The position numbers and the translations under genes are program-made. Source: a virus. Taken from it: DNA of 64,000 nucleotides. Below the pieces are notes generated by a model. It was given only the letters and a program-made list of their open reading frames with translations. It made no database searches and had not been told where the DNA came from. Numbering within the stretch: position 1 is the first letter of the stretch; each line of letters opens with the position of its first letter. The DNA lies in the IMG/VR virus record IMGVR_UViG_3300025117_000032; one strand, 5' to 3'. Below, piece after piece: positions 20,153 through 30,148 of the stretch.

Positions 20153-21036
20153 TGTAAAATCTCCCTGGCACAATCTATCACACGGTTTGGTTTCACCATG
20201 CTGCAACTGTTTGGGTTGAAAAACGATTTACCATTCTTGTTTTTTGGCTCAAATGCCATTGGGTTTTCAGTATGCCCCTTTACCCTATGGTATGTTAGAA
20301 TGTGAATAGCTGGCATTGAATACGCCCCAATGATCCACATTGCGCCAGAATCAGAACCAATTACCAAGTTACACTCTAACGCCAACCGAATTTGGTCAAA
20401 TAAAGATGTGTTGGTGTGTCTCTTTGTTACACCCGCAATAGTTGGCTCTGTGATCCAACCAAAGTGGTGGACATCATACTCTTTCAACCCAGAAATAACC
20501 GCTTCCCACCACTCGACTGTTGGGGATCTACTTGGTTCTGACCCATAATGTGCAAATGGAAAAATGGCAATACTTTTTTTCTTGGGAGCGTTGATTACCT
20601 CCAAGTTAGAGTACCCATGGTTTTCTGGGATATGAAGTGTAGAGATATCAACCCACCATTTTGTAAGAGTTGGGTATTGCTTAGATTCTGGAATGGTATC
20701 CCATATGCCAGCCATTCTAAAGTTCTGCTCAACGCTACTAATTTTATTGAACCAAAACAGATCATCTACCGAAGGGGCCTCATTAATTTGAATGTCACAA
20801 GATTCCTTCAAAGCTTTGTCGTTACTTCCAAGACTTTCCCAGCCCTCCGTAATATAGATTTTGTCTATGTGTTTTTGTGATATATAAAGTGGAGCAGCCT
20901 GGGAATTTTTTCTGTGGATTACCCAATTAACATAGCTGTCTTTGTGTTGTTCTTTGATGTAATCCAAAATAGTTAAACCTATTATTGTGTCACCTATGAT
21001 GCCCGCTCGTATGCCCCAAATTTTAACATTGCTCAT
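20149..21036 (-). CDS. Glycosyltransferase family 9 (heptosyltransferase-like)
   Basis: IIGDTI, LVIGSDSGAMWI; likely start MSNVK. Confidence 0.75.
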   Translation of the reverse strand: MSNVKIWGIRAGIIGDTIIGLTILDYIKEQHKDSYVNWVIHRKNSQAAPLYISQKHIDKIYITEGWESLGSNDKALKESCDIQINEAPSVDDLFWFNKISSVEQNFRMAGIWDTIPESKQYPTLTKWWVDISTLHIPENHGYSNLEVINAPKKKSIAIFPFAHYGSEPSRSPTVEWWEAVISGLKEYDVHHFGWITEPTIAGVTKRHTNTSLFDQIRLALECNLVIGSDSGAMWIIGAYSMPAIHILTYHRVKGHTENPMAFEPKNKNGKSFFNPNSCSMVKPNRVIDCAREILQ

Positions 21037-21810
21037 ACTAACCCAAACCCCCATCCATCTAGGAACACATAATCACCAGGATCCTTGGGGTGGTTGAACA
21101 TTTTTTCCGCTGGTTTTTCATACCTATTGGGGTACACCACAACTTCTTTTCCAGCGAAAGCTGCTAGTGTCTTTCCCCATGAATCAGCACCTATGAATTT
21201 TGAACAGCTTCGTATTAACCTAAATGAATTCTCAAAGTCTGTCACCCACACATCACCAAAGGGTTCTCCTATTTTTTCCTTGTCCTTCTTTGACCCAATC
21301 AAACAAACTCTTCCATACCCAGAATACTCATTGGCAATGGAGTTTAACACAACCCTTGGAATCTCTTTGATCTTTGTTGGATCATCGGCACCACCAAAAG
21401 GCTGAATGACCGTCAACACTTGCTCATTTGGTATCGGGAAAGCCCATGCTGGGTATCGTTTCACTCCGTAGTAATCAAACACATTTGTCTTTCCACACTC
21501 AATCCAATCTTCAACATACATAAACTGCCTTGGTGTTACACCAGACCCAACAAAATTTGGGTGTTGAACAAGAAGCTCCCAAATAATCGGACTAGTGTGA
21601 AATGATGCTCTAGGGTAAAACCACCATTTTTTCACCTTTGGAAACTGCTTGGATATCTCTCTGATTGTGGTTACATTGTTGCACACAAAAACAACATCTG
21701 TGTGAGAATCAATGTTATCGTAAAATGTTGCCATCAGTAAAAAAAAAATCACCTAGACCACCTATTCCAAAATAGAATTTGTTCTCTACATTTGCTAACA
21801 ACCCTTGCAT
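21033..21810 (-). CDS. GT9-like glycosyltransferase, +1 frameshift in T10 tract
   Basis: ATG 21810 MQGLLANVENKFYFGIGGLGDF joins FLLMATFYD... if the T10 run (21739-21748) were T9; FIGADSWGKTLA motif. Confidence 0.75.
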
Positions 21811-21815
21811 GAAAC

Positions 21816-22550
21816 TCATTTTTTCTCCCATCGTTTTTTCTGGCTTAAACTCATTTTTAATCTTACTTCTTCTGATACTGGTTTCCTTTTTTTAGCAGCC
21901 TCACTCATTTTTTTTCTCTCATTTGGATCGGAAAAGCGTTTCTTAATTGCCACTGATAATGCTTCTCTATGAGATTTAGATTTTTTTCCCCCATATGAAT
22001 TTTTATACCACCCACGTTTGCTTTTTTCTAACCTTGTTTCACTTATCTTTTTCTTCGTTTTTTCACTATGTTCTTTTCCATACATTCCATTTGTTTCTCC
22101 TGTTAATCTAACTCCATACATTGGGTTGTTTTCTCCAGAATATTTCCCTTTGGCTTTTTCGCTCATTTTTTTCTTTGTTTCTTCGCTGTGTTTTTTTCCA
22201 TAAAATGGGTTTGTTTCTCCTGTTAATCTAACTCCATACATTGGGTTGTTTTCTCCAGGACTTGCCCCATCTCCACCAAGAGTTTGATTATATCCAGACC
22301 TAAATGTGCAATATTCTTCGATGTACTTTATTTCTAGTTTTCCAAGCTCCTCAAATAACAAAGTTTCATCAATTTTTTCTATGGAAAAATTTTCACTTCC
22401 ATATTTCCTGATTGCTCTTTGTATGGAACAATTGATTTTTAATGAGTTTGCATCATATATGTGTTTAAACCACCTTTTTTCCATAGTAAGAGTTGTTTTA
22501 CCAACATACTGTTTTCCATTTATTTTGTTTGTTATCAAATATATTACCAT
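21816..22550 (-). CDS. GIY-YIG homing endonuclease with NUMOD3 repeats
   Basis: VIYLITNKINGKQYVGKT...RAIRKYG...GYNQTLGG; HSEETKKKMS. Confidence 0.9.
   Translation of the reverse strand: MVIYLITNKINGKQYVGKTTLTMEKRWFKHIYDANSLKINCSIQRAIRKYGSENFSIEKIDETLLFEELGKLEIKYIEEYCTFRSGYNQTLGGDGASPGENNPMYGVRLTGETNPFYGKKHSEETKKKMSEKAKGKYSGENNPMYGVRLTGETNGMYGKEHSEKTKKKISETRLEKSKRGWYKNSYGGKKSKSHREALSVAIKKRFSDPNERKKMSEAAKKRKPVSEEVRLKMSLSQKKRWEKK
22090..22258. repeat. 49-bp exact direct repeat inside GIY-YIG gene
   Basis: 22090-22138 equals 22210-22258 (encodes GENNPMYGVRLTGETN twice). Confidence 0.9.
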
Positions 22551-22598
22551 TTACAACCTCCACTAATAAATACTAGTAGAAAGTCTCCAAATCCATTA

Positions 22599-23210
22599 TC
22601 ATTGTATCTTTGCCCACCTTTCTTTTTCAAACTGGCAGGCTTGCATGTCCGCTTGGTGAAGTAATAATGCCAACCAAGTTTCCTTGTGTGCATAGGGTTT
22701 GTTTTCTGGGGTGTATTGCCCATCGTGAATAATAATGGCTTGGTATTCTTCATCGGTAAGCTTTACACCAAAGTCTGTTAGGAGTTTTACGGATCTGATT
22801 GCTGTGCCAAGATATATAAGACTCTCATTATGCTCATACATCATCCCAAGCTTTTCTCTGTGCCACTGTGATTCATTGGGGAGGAAGTAATCTTCATTGA
22901 CCGTACCAACCTTTCCCAAATCATGAAACAGCCCACAGACAATGATTGAATCTTGGCTAATGTTTTTCTTGTTTGCCATAGTTGAAAGATTGGAATACAC
23001 CCTCATTGAGTGTTCCAACAACCCACCTGGGAAACAGTTGTGGTATTCTAGTCTGTTCGATGCTGGGGCAACAAAAAACCTGTTCCCAATCTCTGCCATC
23101 AAGTTCTCGATAGCAATCAGATTTTCAGTATTCTTTATCCCCTTGACAATCTCCGTGAATTTTTCAGATAGCTCTATGATTCTGCTATCTTCCAACCTAA
23201 ACTCTTTCAT
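22599..23210 (-). CDS. HD-domain phosphohydrolase
   Basis: APAS..YHNCFPGGLLEHS, LFHDLGK, HDG, LHQAD. Confidence 0.9.
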   Translation of the reverse strand: MKEFRLEDSRIIELSEKFTEIVKGIKNTENLIAIENLMAEIGNRFFVAPASNRLEYHNCFPGGLLEHSMRVYSNLSTMANKKNISQDSIIVCGLFHDLGKVGTVNEDYFLPNESQWHREKLGMMYEHNESLIYLGTAIRSVKLLTDFGVKLTDEEYQAIIIHDGQYTPENKPYAHKETWLALLLHQADMQACQFEKERWAKIQ

Positions 23211-23245
23211 GACTTACCTTCCTATAACTTGTTTGTAACACACTC

Positions 23246-23274
23246 ATTATACCACATTCACCAAAAAATGTAAA
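23246..23274 (-). promoter_or_regulatory. Sigma70-type early promoter
   Basis: TTTACA-N17-TATAAT upstream of HD gene. Confidence 0.8.
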
Positions 23275-23279
23275 GGTTT

Positions 23280-23984
23280 TTATAGATAAACCCAATCTTT
23301 CCATTTTTTTGTTTTTGACTTTAATCTATTACTAATTGTCATTCTGGTAACACCAAACACCTTGCTTGCTTCATCTAAAGAATCAAACTGTCTACAACCA
23401 ACAACAAATGACTTATGTAGTTTGTGATTTTTACCACGCATTTTATCTGAAAACGATTCTCTATCTCTTTTTTCCCAGGATTTAGAAATCCCCCTGGATT
23501 GTTTTACTTTGAACTCTAGGCTCTCCATTATTCTTTTTTGTTTGTGCCTAAATTCACTATTTCCCCATAACTCGTTCATTATCTCTCTTGCCCTATTTTT
23601 TCTTTTTGGGGTGTTTTGTAATTTCTTTTGCGCTTCACACAATCTTTTTTTTGTCTCTGGACTATTCATCCTTAATTTGTGTTTAGTTTTTGCTTCGTTT
23701 GACCATTCTCTTCCACTAATTCCCCCTGTTTCTAGGTTGTATGTGTCTCTGCGAAAAACCCACTTGTGGTCAACATATTTTTCTTCTTCAATCATTTCTT
23801 CGTATGAAAACAACTCAACCAATATCTCCCTACTAAAGTTTTGTTTTCCATATTTTCGGATTGCTTTTGTAAGCAACACCCCTGACCCCAAATACCCATC
23901 ATTGAGATTTTTTGTTTTATGAACGCCCCTGTATTTTTTTCCATTTATCAAGTTTGTTGTTTCATAAAGAATGTAATACATCAT
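23280..23984 (-). CDS. GIY-YIG (Seg-like) homing endonuclease
   Basis: ILYETTNLINGKKYRGVHKT..LNDGYLGSG...TYNL..GG; C-terminal HTH (F.SL.EA..FG). Confidence 0.88.
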   Translation of the reverse strand: MMYYILYETTNLINGKKYRGVHKTKNLNDGYLGSGVLLTKAIRKYGKQNFSREILVELFSYEEMIEEEKYVDHKWVFRRDTYNLETGGISGREWSNEAKTKHKLRMNSPETKKRLCEAQKKLQNTPKRKNRAREIMNELWGNSEFRHKQKRIMESLEFKVKQSRGISKSWEKRDRESFSDKMRGKNHKLHKSFVVGCRQFDSLDEASKVFGVTRMTISNRLKSKTKKWKDWVYL

Positions 23985-25131
23985 GTTGAAAGTATTTTTC
24001 TATACCACTCACACCTTTCATTTGTAACATGCTCCAATGAATATTTTGGGTATACCAACTTATACAAATTTTCTGACAACTCTTTTCTCATTGCATCATC
24101 TAGTATCAGTTGCCGAATGTATTTGTGCCATAGCTTATGGTTTTTCCTTGGGTTGACCAACAACGCATTCTCCCTATGAGTTAACAACTGCTTGTAGACA
24201 TACAAATCAGATGCAATCAACGCTTTTTTGCACATACCAGTTTCAATTATCTTCAATTCAGACTTGCACTCATTGAATGTGTGTTCATCTAGCGGTGCCA
24301 AGCAAATGTCCACATGCTTATAGTGGTTTCCATATTGAGTTATGGGAAGTGTTGTCCTTCTTACATACTGTTCTGGTGTTGCCTTACCATTGTCGTTGAA
24401 TATGGCTTCAAATTTGTTCCATATGGACTCTTCTGGGGTTATTTTCCTTGTTCTTTCCTCTTTGGTTAGGGGATGTAATTCAGTAACAGTTCCCCTTGTG
24501 TCATATCCACACATAACAACCTGAATCTTACTAGCAATCTCCTTATCATTGAACAACACATTGAAAGTGCCCTTGATTTTGTCCAAATCTCTCTCATGAC
24601 TTGAGCCACCAATCCAACCAACCCTAACTCTATCTGATTCTGTGGTTGGGTTTTGCCACATCTTCAAATTGGGATCAATAGCATTTGGTATGATGTGAAC
24701 ATTTTTGTTTATGGTCCTTCTTATGTGTTCTGCATAGATTTCTGTGGTTGTTGTAACCCAATCAGCGCACCTTAGATTTTCAATGATTTGGTGATGGATA
24801 CCCTTCGCCACAACCATGTGATAAGCTGGGTGCCCAAAAAACGGCAGCCAGAAGTCGTCAATATCAGAAACAACAATCGCACCGGCTGTGCGAAATTTAT
24901 CAGCCCATAGTGGGGTTGTTTCAGGTTCGGCGATGCGTCTGTGATAGTGGACAATATCAAACTCCCCTATATCGTCCTCTGTTATTGGTTGCATTAGTCT
25001 AATGTCAACCTCAAACTCTTCCCCATGGTTTTTTTGTATCTCTTGTGCAACCCAAATTGATCGGTAAGCTAATAGTGCCCAACACCATAAGAATCGCTGG
25101 GTATGATTAAAATTCTAATTTTGTTGGGCAC
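23981..25131 (-). CDS. GT-B glycosyltransferase, interrupted after codon 20 (TAG + 5 nt)
   Basis: GTG 25131 MPNKIRILIIPSDSYGVGHY [TAGCTTAC] RSIWVAQ... continues in frame into ORF 23981-24994 (DIDD, GWIGGSSHERDL, FNECKSELKIIE). Confidence 0.85.
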
Positions 25132-25138
25132 TATTTGA

Positions 25139-25696
25139 TCACCCACCTTTAATGAATCTGTCATATCTTTCATATAACTCTTCTTTCGTTATTGAACACT
25201 TTGCGTGCTTCGAACTGTTTTCCCCACGATATATTATGCTAAGATTGATAACGCAACCAATTATATGCGGGGGAACATCTTGTTTAAACCCCTCTAGGAC
25301 ACTAAAATTATGATCCAATGTGTATCCAGATGGTTGCAATATGTGTTTTGTTTGGATATATTCACTGTAATTTTCCAGTAAAGATATATCGGAATGCTTT
25401 GTGTACAAATTTACCAACTGTTTATATGCTTCCCATTTTGTTTTTGCAGAAAGTGGTGTCCAATATCCAGTTGACTCATGGTGGACCCTTATGCTATCTC
25501 TATTCTTTTCGTAAAAATTTTTTGATGCATCTGCGATTTTCATTAAACCAGGGTGGCATTCTTTTGTTAAACCTTTATTCCATGTGTCTAATCCAGAATG
25601 AGCGCAAGGTCTGCATTTCCAATTTTTATGCCGCCTTGTCCAATATCTTGGAAAAACTCTAATTAACCCACAGCCAACACAAGTTGCAGTATACAT
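25139..25696 (-). CDS. Putative HNH-type homing endonuclease
   Basis: CxxC..CxxC, WNKGLTK, YTLDHNFSV..GF...NL...ENSSK. Confidence 0.7.
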   Translation of the reverse strand: MYTATCVGCGLIRVFPRYWTRRHKNWKCRPCAHSGLDTWNKGLTKECHPGLMKIADASKNFYEKNRDSIRVHHESTGYWTPLSAKTKWEAYKQLVNLYTKHSDISLLENYSEYIQTKHILQPSGYTLDHNFSVLEGFKQDVPPHIIGCVINLSIIYRGENSSKHAKCSITKEELYERYDRFIKGG

Positions 25697-25762
25697 CTAT
25701 TCACCCCCACACAATAAATATGCAGTTGGGGTCATTTTTGCTCTACCAATAATCAGTAGTGT

Positions 25763-26122
25763 TCATATTATGTGTAAATTTTCCTCTCCATGAAACTCGA
25801 CAAACTTCTTTATGGTGTCCCTTGTGCCATGTCCTGGATCTCCAGGGGCAGCGATGAGAACATCCGAAAACTTTGCTATATCCGTGTTACAAACAAACCC
25901 AGCACGCTTACCGTGCGTTTTCCAATCAGCAGGAAACTCAAGGTATGGTAGTTTACGATCAAGATGGATGTAGTGGGCAAAGCTATCCGCACCCCTGGAA
26001 CAACCACCAGAGCATATCCAATCTCCTGGTTGGTATATCACATCGAACACTTCCAGAATTTTCAACAATGTATTTGGGTTCTCACGATTCCTAGAACCTA
26101 CAATACCAATGATTTTCCCCAT
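25763..26122 (-). CDS. SLOG-superfamily protein (YspA/DUF2493-like)
   Basis: IGIVGSR, SGGCSRGAD, FPADWKTHGKRAG...N..IA..SD, GT..TI. Confidence 0.8.
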   Translation of the reverse strand: MGKIIGIVGSRNRENPNTLLKILEVFDVIYQPGDWICSGGCSRGADSFAHYIHLDRKLPYLEFPADWKTHGKRAGFVCNTDIAKFSDVLIAAPGDPGHGTRDTIKKFVEFHGEENLHII

Positions 26123-26125
26123 AAC

Positions 26126-26392
26126 CTACCACATATCCTCACTGGTTAAAATAGACCCAATCAACTTTTCCCCAACTTGACCACTAGATTTAGCAATAAC
26201 CAACGCTTCATCACGCAACACAAACCTACCACGACTAGTTAAAAATCCTTGACCGAAAGACCTAACTGGTATACCAGTTTCATCGAATAGCATGTGGATT
26301 ATGTTGTGGTGCCGATTTGGTCTTTCTAGTGCGTGAATTTTTCCGTTTAGCTTTATGGCAGCGCACTCAATTATCTCATTCACAGAACACAT
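26126..26392 (-). CDS. Conserved phage protein
   Basis: CAAI...RHH...QGFLTSRGRFV.R.EA..IA...L.SEDMW. Confidence 0.7.
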   Translation of the reverse strand: MCSVNEIIECAAIKLNGKIHALERPNRHHNIIHMLFDETGIPVRSFGQGFLTSRGRFVLRDEALVIAKSSGQVGEKLIGSILTSEDMW

Positions 26393-26525
26393 CCTCTCTC
26401 ATGTAATCAATGACTGATCGTAGGAGATTCCAATCCCTTGTGGCATAGGCTTCCTCCAACATCTTTATCCACTCTTCTCTTTTTCTATTACCAATGTCGG
26501 CATGTATGGAACTAATAATGCTCAC
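26376..26525 (-). CDS. Hypothetical protein
   Basis: Likely GTG start (MSIISS); packed ORF. Confidence 0.45.
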   Translation of the reverse strand: MSIISSIHADIGNRKREEWIKMLEEAYATRDWNLLRSVIDYMREDVFCE

Positions 26526-26696
26526 CTGTAACCAACCTTTCAAATAAATGGGGGGCAATCATGTTGCATATCTTCCGCTCCGCTCAATTACCCCCGCTCG
26601 ACTCCGCTCATGCTACTTCCTTAACCACCAAAAAAGATCGATCAAGGAAAGAGCCAATACAAGTTCAAACCCAAGCATTTGACATCACCACCTTCC

Positions 26697-27935
26697 TTAC
26701 TTCAGCATTCCCCTCACTTGAGGATTTTTCATTAGCCTGTTAACAAACTCATCTATCTCCTGTGGTGTTTCTAACTTGAAGTGGTTGCCATGCTTGTCTG
26801 TTATTTCTTCCTTCATGGTTGCCTTGATGATTTTCTTTAACCCAGCAACTTTGTCTTTCTCAAACTCAAGGTCTATCTCTTTCTCACCAATGATCACATA
26901 AGGCATTTCTGTTATTATATCATAACTCTTCTGTCTTGTAAAGTATTTTCCCTCAACCAAATAAATTTTCTTGGATCCAAGTTGCCTGTACATCTCATAG
27001 TTCTCATGGTACATCAACCGATACATTCTCTCTTCTGCTGGAGACAACCTACCCTTTTCTTTGAAGTAGTTGTATAGCTTCACCTTTTCTTCTGGCGACA
27101 TCTTTACTATTGTCTTTTGTTTGATTGCCTTCATATGCTCTTGTCCATTGTCAACACTCAAACCAACACTACTAAGCCAATCTTCCCCCATTCCCTTTAA
27201 AGGCTTTCCTGACAACACATCTTTGATTGGATATAGGATAGAGTTCTTAGCATCGTTGAAAAAATCATTTACCCTTATAGCTTTTTCCGATGCTGCTTGC
27301 ATTCCCTCTGCGTTTATGTATTTACTTGCATTGGTTTCGCCCTTTCCTTTGATGGCAACAATAACATCTTTGGCAGGAATTTCAATTCTCCAATTCAATA
27401 TGATGATTGGCCTTCTTCTTTTTCCAGGAACCATATCACGATTTTTGATGTGACCATTGTGTACTTCCTGTATGTCCAGCAACACCTTTTTCAAACTATC
27501 CCTGGGTGGATAAACCCAAAAACTAATCAGCTTTTTTTCAGGCCAAAATCTTCCTGGATACTTGAAGTTTCTTCTACTCCTACCAAGTTCCCGGTGGGTT
27601 GTTCCTTGATGTTCACTAACCTTCATTTCACCATTGAGATATCCGAATGCATAATTCTCTTTGGAATCCCAATAAAAGGAAACCTTCTTTGCCTTCACAC
27701 GATCTGGGTTTTCTTTGATAATCATTTTAGTCCCTTCATCTATTGTTTTCAGTTTGGTGTAATACTTTGGATCCTCTTCCAAATGAGCAAGCACAATCTT
27801 CAATAAATCAAGATTGGAATCAACCACATCAAGTTCATCGTCTGTATCGTGTTCTTTTTCTACACCAATACCCATCTTGATTTGATCAAGATCAAATTCG
27901 TCCATTCTCTTTTTTATGCTTGCTGGAATTTTCAT
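26697..27935 (-). CDS. Virion-associated-like protein with N-terminal DUF5661-like domain
   Basis: GIGVEKEH...KIVLAHLEEDPKYYTKL. Confidence 0.6.
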   Translation of the reverse strand: MKIPASIKKRMDEFDLDQIKMGIGVEKEHDTDDELDVVDSNLDLLKIVLAHLEEDPKYYTKLKTIDEGTKMIIKENPDRVKAKKVSFYWDSKENYAFGYLNGEMKVSEHQGTTHRELGRSRRNFKYPGRFWPEKKLISFWVYPPRDSLKKVLLDIQEVHNGHIKNRDMVPGKRRRPIIILNWRIEIPAKDVIVAIKGKGETNASKYINAEGMQAASEKAIRVNDFFNDAKNSILYPIKDVLSGKPLKGMGEDWLSSVGLSVDNGQEHMKAIKQKTIVKMSPEEKVKLYNYFKEKGRLSPAEERMYRLMYHENYEMYRQLGSKKIYLVEGKYFTRQKSYDIITEMPYVIIGEKEIDLEFEKDKVAGLKKIIKATMKEEITDKHGNHFKLETPQEIDEFVNRLMKNPQVRGMLK

Positions 27936-28639
27936 TGGGTGTTACAACGCTTTCTGTCATAAAAAACCAACTCATTAAGTTCATTTTCAAATTCACTTAG
28001 ATCACGATCATTTTTTGACTTATTTGTTAATGAATCACACCAGCAAACATTTTTCAGGTTTTTTGCTAATTCTGGATACCTTGATATTGGTTTTATGTGA
28101 TCAATGGAAGCATTGACTCCCAAGATAAGATCAAGCCCTGTGTAGGCACACTTATGATTTTGTTCTTCAAACAGGGTTTTTAGATGTTCCCAATGCTTTC
28201 TTGAGCCAAGGTTGTTATTGGAACAACTTTTGAACCAACATTTTTCACACAATGTGTTACTATTTATCATAAGCTGTGACCCACATTGGGTACACAGGCC
28301 AGATTTTTTATATTTTTCGTATTTGTTTCTTGTATATTGTTTCATTTTATCTTGGTTGTTTTCCATCCAAGCTTTTTGGCATTGTTTCATGTGATCTTTG
28401 TTGTCTTCTCTCCAAGCTTTGTTGTACTGCTTAATCTTATCTTTGTTAATCTCATAATACTGTTTTATTTTATCTTTGTTGTTTTCACTGTAAATGTTAC
28501 CTTGGTTGTTACAACAATTTTTGCACCAACTATTCAACCCATCTTTATTTGCTTTCTTAGTACAAAATTGCTCAATAGGTTTCTCAATCTTACACCTTGA
28601 ACATACTTTCGTTCCTGTTTCAAAATTAGCTCTTGGCAT
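27932..28639 (-). CDS. HNH homing endonuclease (paralog 2 of 3)
   Basis: Same architecture and high similarity to 5054-5875. Confidence 0.85.
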   Translation of the reverse strand: MPRANFETGTKVCSRCKIEKPIEQFCTKKANKDGLNSWCKNCCNNQGNIYSENNKDKIKQYYEINKDKIKQYNKAWREDNKDHMKQCQKAWMENNQDKMKQYTRNKYEKYKKSGLCTQCGSQLMINSNTLCEKCWFKSCSNNNLGSRKHWEHLKTLFEEQNHKCAYTGLDLILGVNASIDHIKPISRYPELAKNLKNVCWCDSLTNKSKNDRDLSEFENELNELVFYDRKRCNTQ

Positions 28640-29021
28640 TTATCGCTCCCAAATTATATTTTTTTAGTAGGTTCTCGACATCTTCGTCTGTGTGCCCAAA
28701 TTCAGATTCAGTTACAACTGGACCACCCTCTTTGGCGAACCATTCTAGTATTCCAATGCCCCTTGTGATATCCACCCTATCACTAGTTTCCTCTATTGGG
28801 GGCACCTTAACCTGTTGTCTGATTTCTTCAATGTCACCATATGGGTTTAAGGTCTTCTTTTTTGTAGAACCAAACTTTGGTGTAGAAGAAATGTTCTCTT
28901 TTAAGGACGGTTTTGCTATTGTGGTTGGCAGCTTTTGTGCTTCATTTATTGTCAATAGCACGGATGGTAGTGCTTCAATTAGGGCTTCCTTTATTATGGC
29001 CTTCAGTTCCGATCTTTTCAT
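28626..29021 (-). CDS. Hypothetical protein with MKRSELKxII leader
   Basis: N-terminus shared with 51101-51409 and 61905-62768. Confidence 0.6.
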   Translation of the reverse strand: MKRSELKAIIKEALIEALPSVLLTINEAQKLPTTIAKPSLKENISSTPKFGSTKKKTLNPYGDIEEIRQQVKVPPIEETSDRVDITRGIGILEWFAKEGGPVVTESEFGHTDEDVENLLKKYNLGAINAKS

Positions 29022-29275
29022 TGCTTACCCCCTATACCAGCTAACTCCAACAACCTGTTTTTCTCTTTAACATCTGCTGTTGGTTCCTTGGGTTCACTAG
29101 ACAACCCCAACGATTCCATTATCAGTCTAACCTTATCTTCAACAAACCCACCCTCATTGATTTCACCATAAACTAGGTCATGCTGTTTCATCAAAAAAAT
29201 AAGCTTCTTGTCACCCTCTTCTAGCATCTCCAATATTACTTCTTTGATTACCTTATCAACATCTAATTTTTTCAT
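29018..29275 (-). CDS. Hypothetical protein (putative head-internal)
   Basis: MKKLDVDKVIKEVILE...RLLELAGI; ORF track extends to 29326. Confidence 0.5.
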   Translation of the reverse strand: MKKLDVDKVIKEVILEMLEEGDKKLIFLMKQHDLVYGEINEGGFVEDKVRLIMESLGLSSEPKEPTADVKEKNRLLELAGIGGKQ

Positions 29276-29276
29276 G

Positions 29277-29564
29277 TTACATCTTGCCCCCAAGTCTGTT
29301 ATACAGAAATGTGGTTTCCTCGACAAACTTAGCTTTATTGTTTGGGTGAACTCTCTCTGAGGTTTTGTTTGCTGACAAGTACAAGGTTAAGAACCCATCA
29401 AAATCAACACCCTCTTTCACCATTGATTTGTTAACCACCAAGTATGAAAAATTCCCAACTGAAATTTTGGTTACAAAGCTACTCATTTTTCTTCCGCACC
29501 AAGTTCCATTTTCCAAAACCAAGATGGGATAACTATAGAGCTTGTGGTAAAATGGTTTGTTCAT
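29277..29564 (-). CDS. Hypothetical protein
   Basis: Packed ORF. Confidence 0.5.
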   Translation of the reverse strand: MNKPFYHKLYSYPILVLENGTWCGRKMSSFVTKISVGNFSYLVVNKSMVKEGVDFDGFLTLYLSANKTSERVHPNNKAKFVEETTFLYNRLGGKM

Positions 29565-30145
29565 TAAGCATCACCCCTGTATTCTTTGATTAGATCCATC
29601 ACAATGTTTCCTGGGCAGGCTGGCTTACCAAAATCACAATGCCCATACACACTAGTCCTGGGTAAGGTAAGCTCCTTGGTGAGATGATTCAAGAGCCCCC
29701 TCAAGCTTCCTAGTTGTGCCTTTGTTGGTTCTGATTTTCCAACATGACCTGGACCAGTAAAATCTCCACACAACATAATTCCAATAGACGTGGTATTCTG
29801 ACCAGCACAATGCCAAACAACATCTGTGTGATCGTTAACCTTATACACTGTTCCATCTTTTTCTATGGTGTAGTGATAAGCTATTTTTGGTGCCCCACCT
29901 TTTTTCAAATGGGAGTCCTCACTAATATGGTAGTTGTTAGTTGCAACAGTTGTACCCTCTGCTAATTGCTGGTGGTTAATTATCTTCTTGATTCTACTTA
30001 GATCCCTTTGCCCCCAGATATGAGTTTGCCCGCTGTACTTTGGGTTAACAGTTAGTTCTATTTCATTGATTTTGAAGTCACCAGATATTGCCATAAGCTT
30101 CTCCTTGATTGCCACGAATAGTTTTATGAACGCAAACAATGTCAT
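29564..30145 (-). CDS. N-acetylmuramoyl-L-alanine amidase (Amidase_2), putative endolysin
   Basis: IINH, IAYHYTI..DG, WHCAGQN..SIGI...GDF, PT.AQ, VYGHCDF..PACPG. Confidence 0.9.
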   Translation of the reverse strand: MTLFAFIKLFVAIKEKLMAISGDFKINEIELTVNPKYSGQTHIWGQRDLSRIKKIINHQQLAEGTTVATNNYHISEDSHLKKGGAPKIAYHYTIEKDGTVYKVNDHTDVVWHCAGQNTTSIGIMLCGDFTGPGHVGKSEPTKAQLGSLRGLLNHLTKELTLPRTSVYGHCDFGKPACPGNIVMDLIKEYRGDA

Positions 30146-30148
30146 ACC

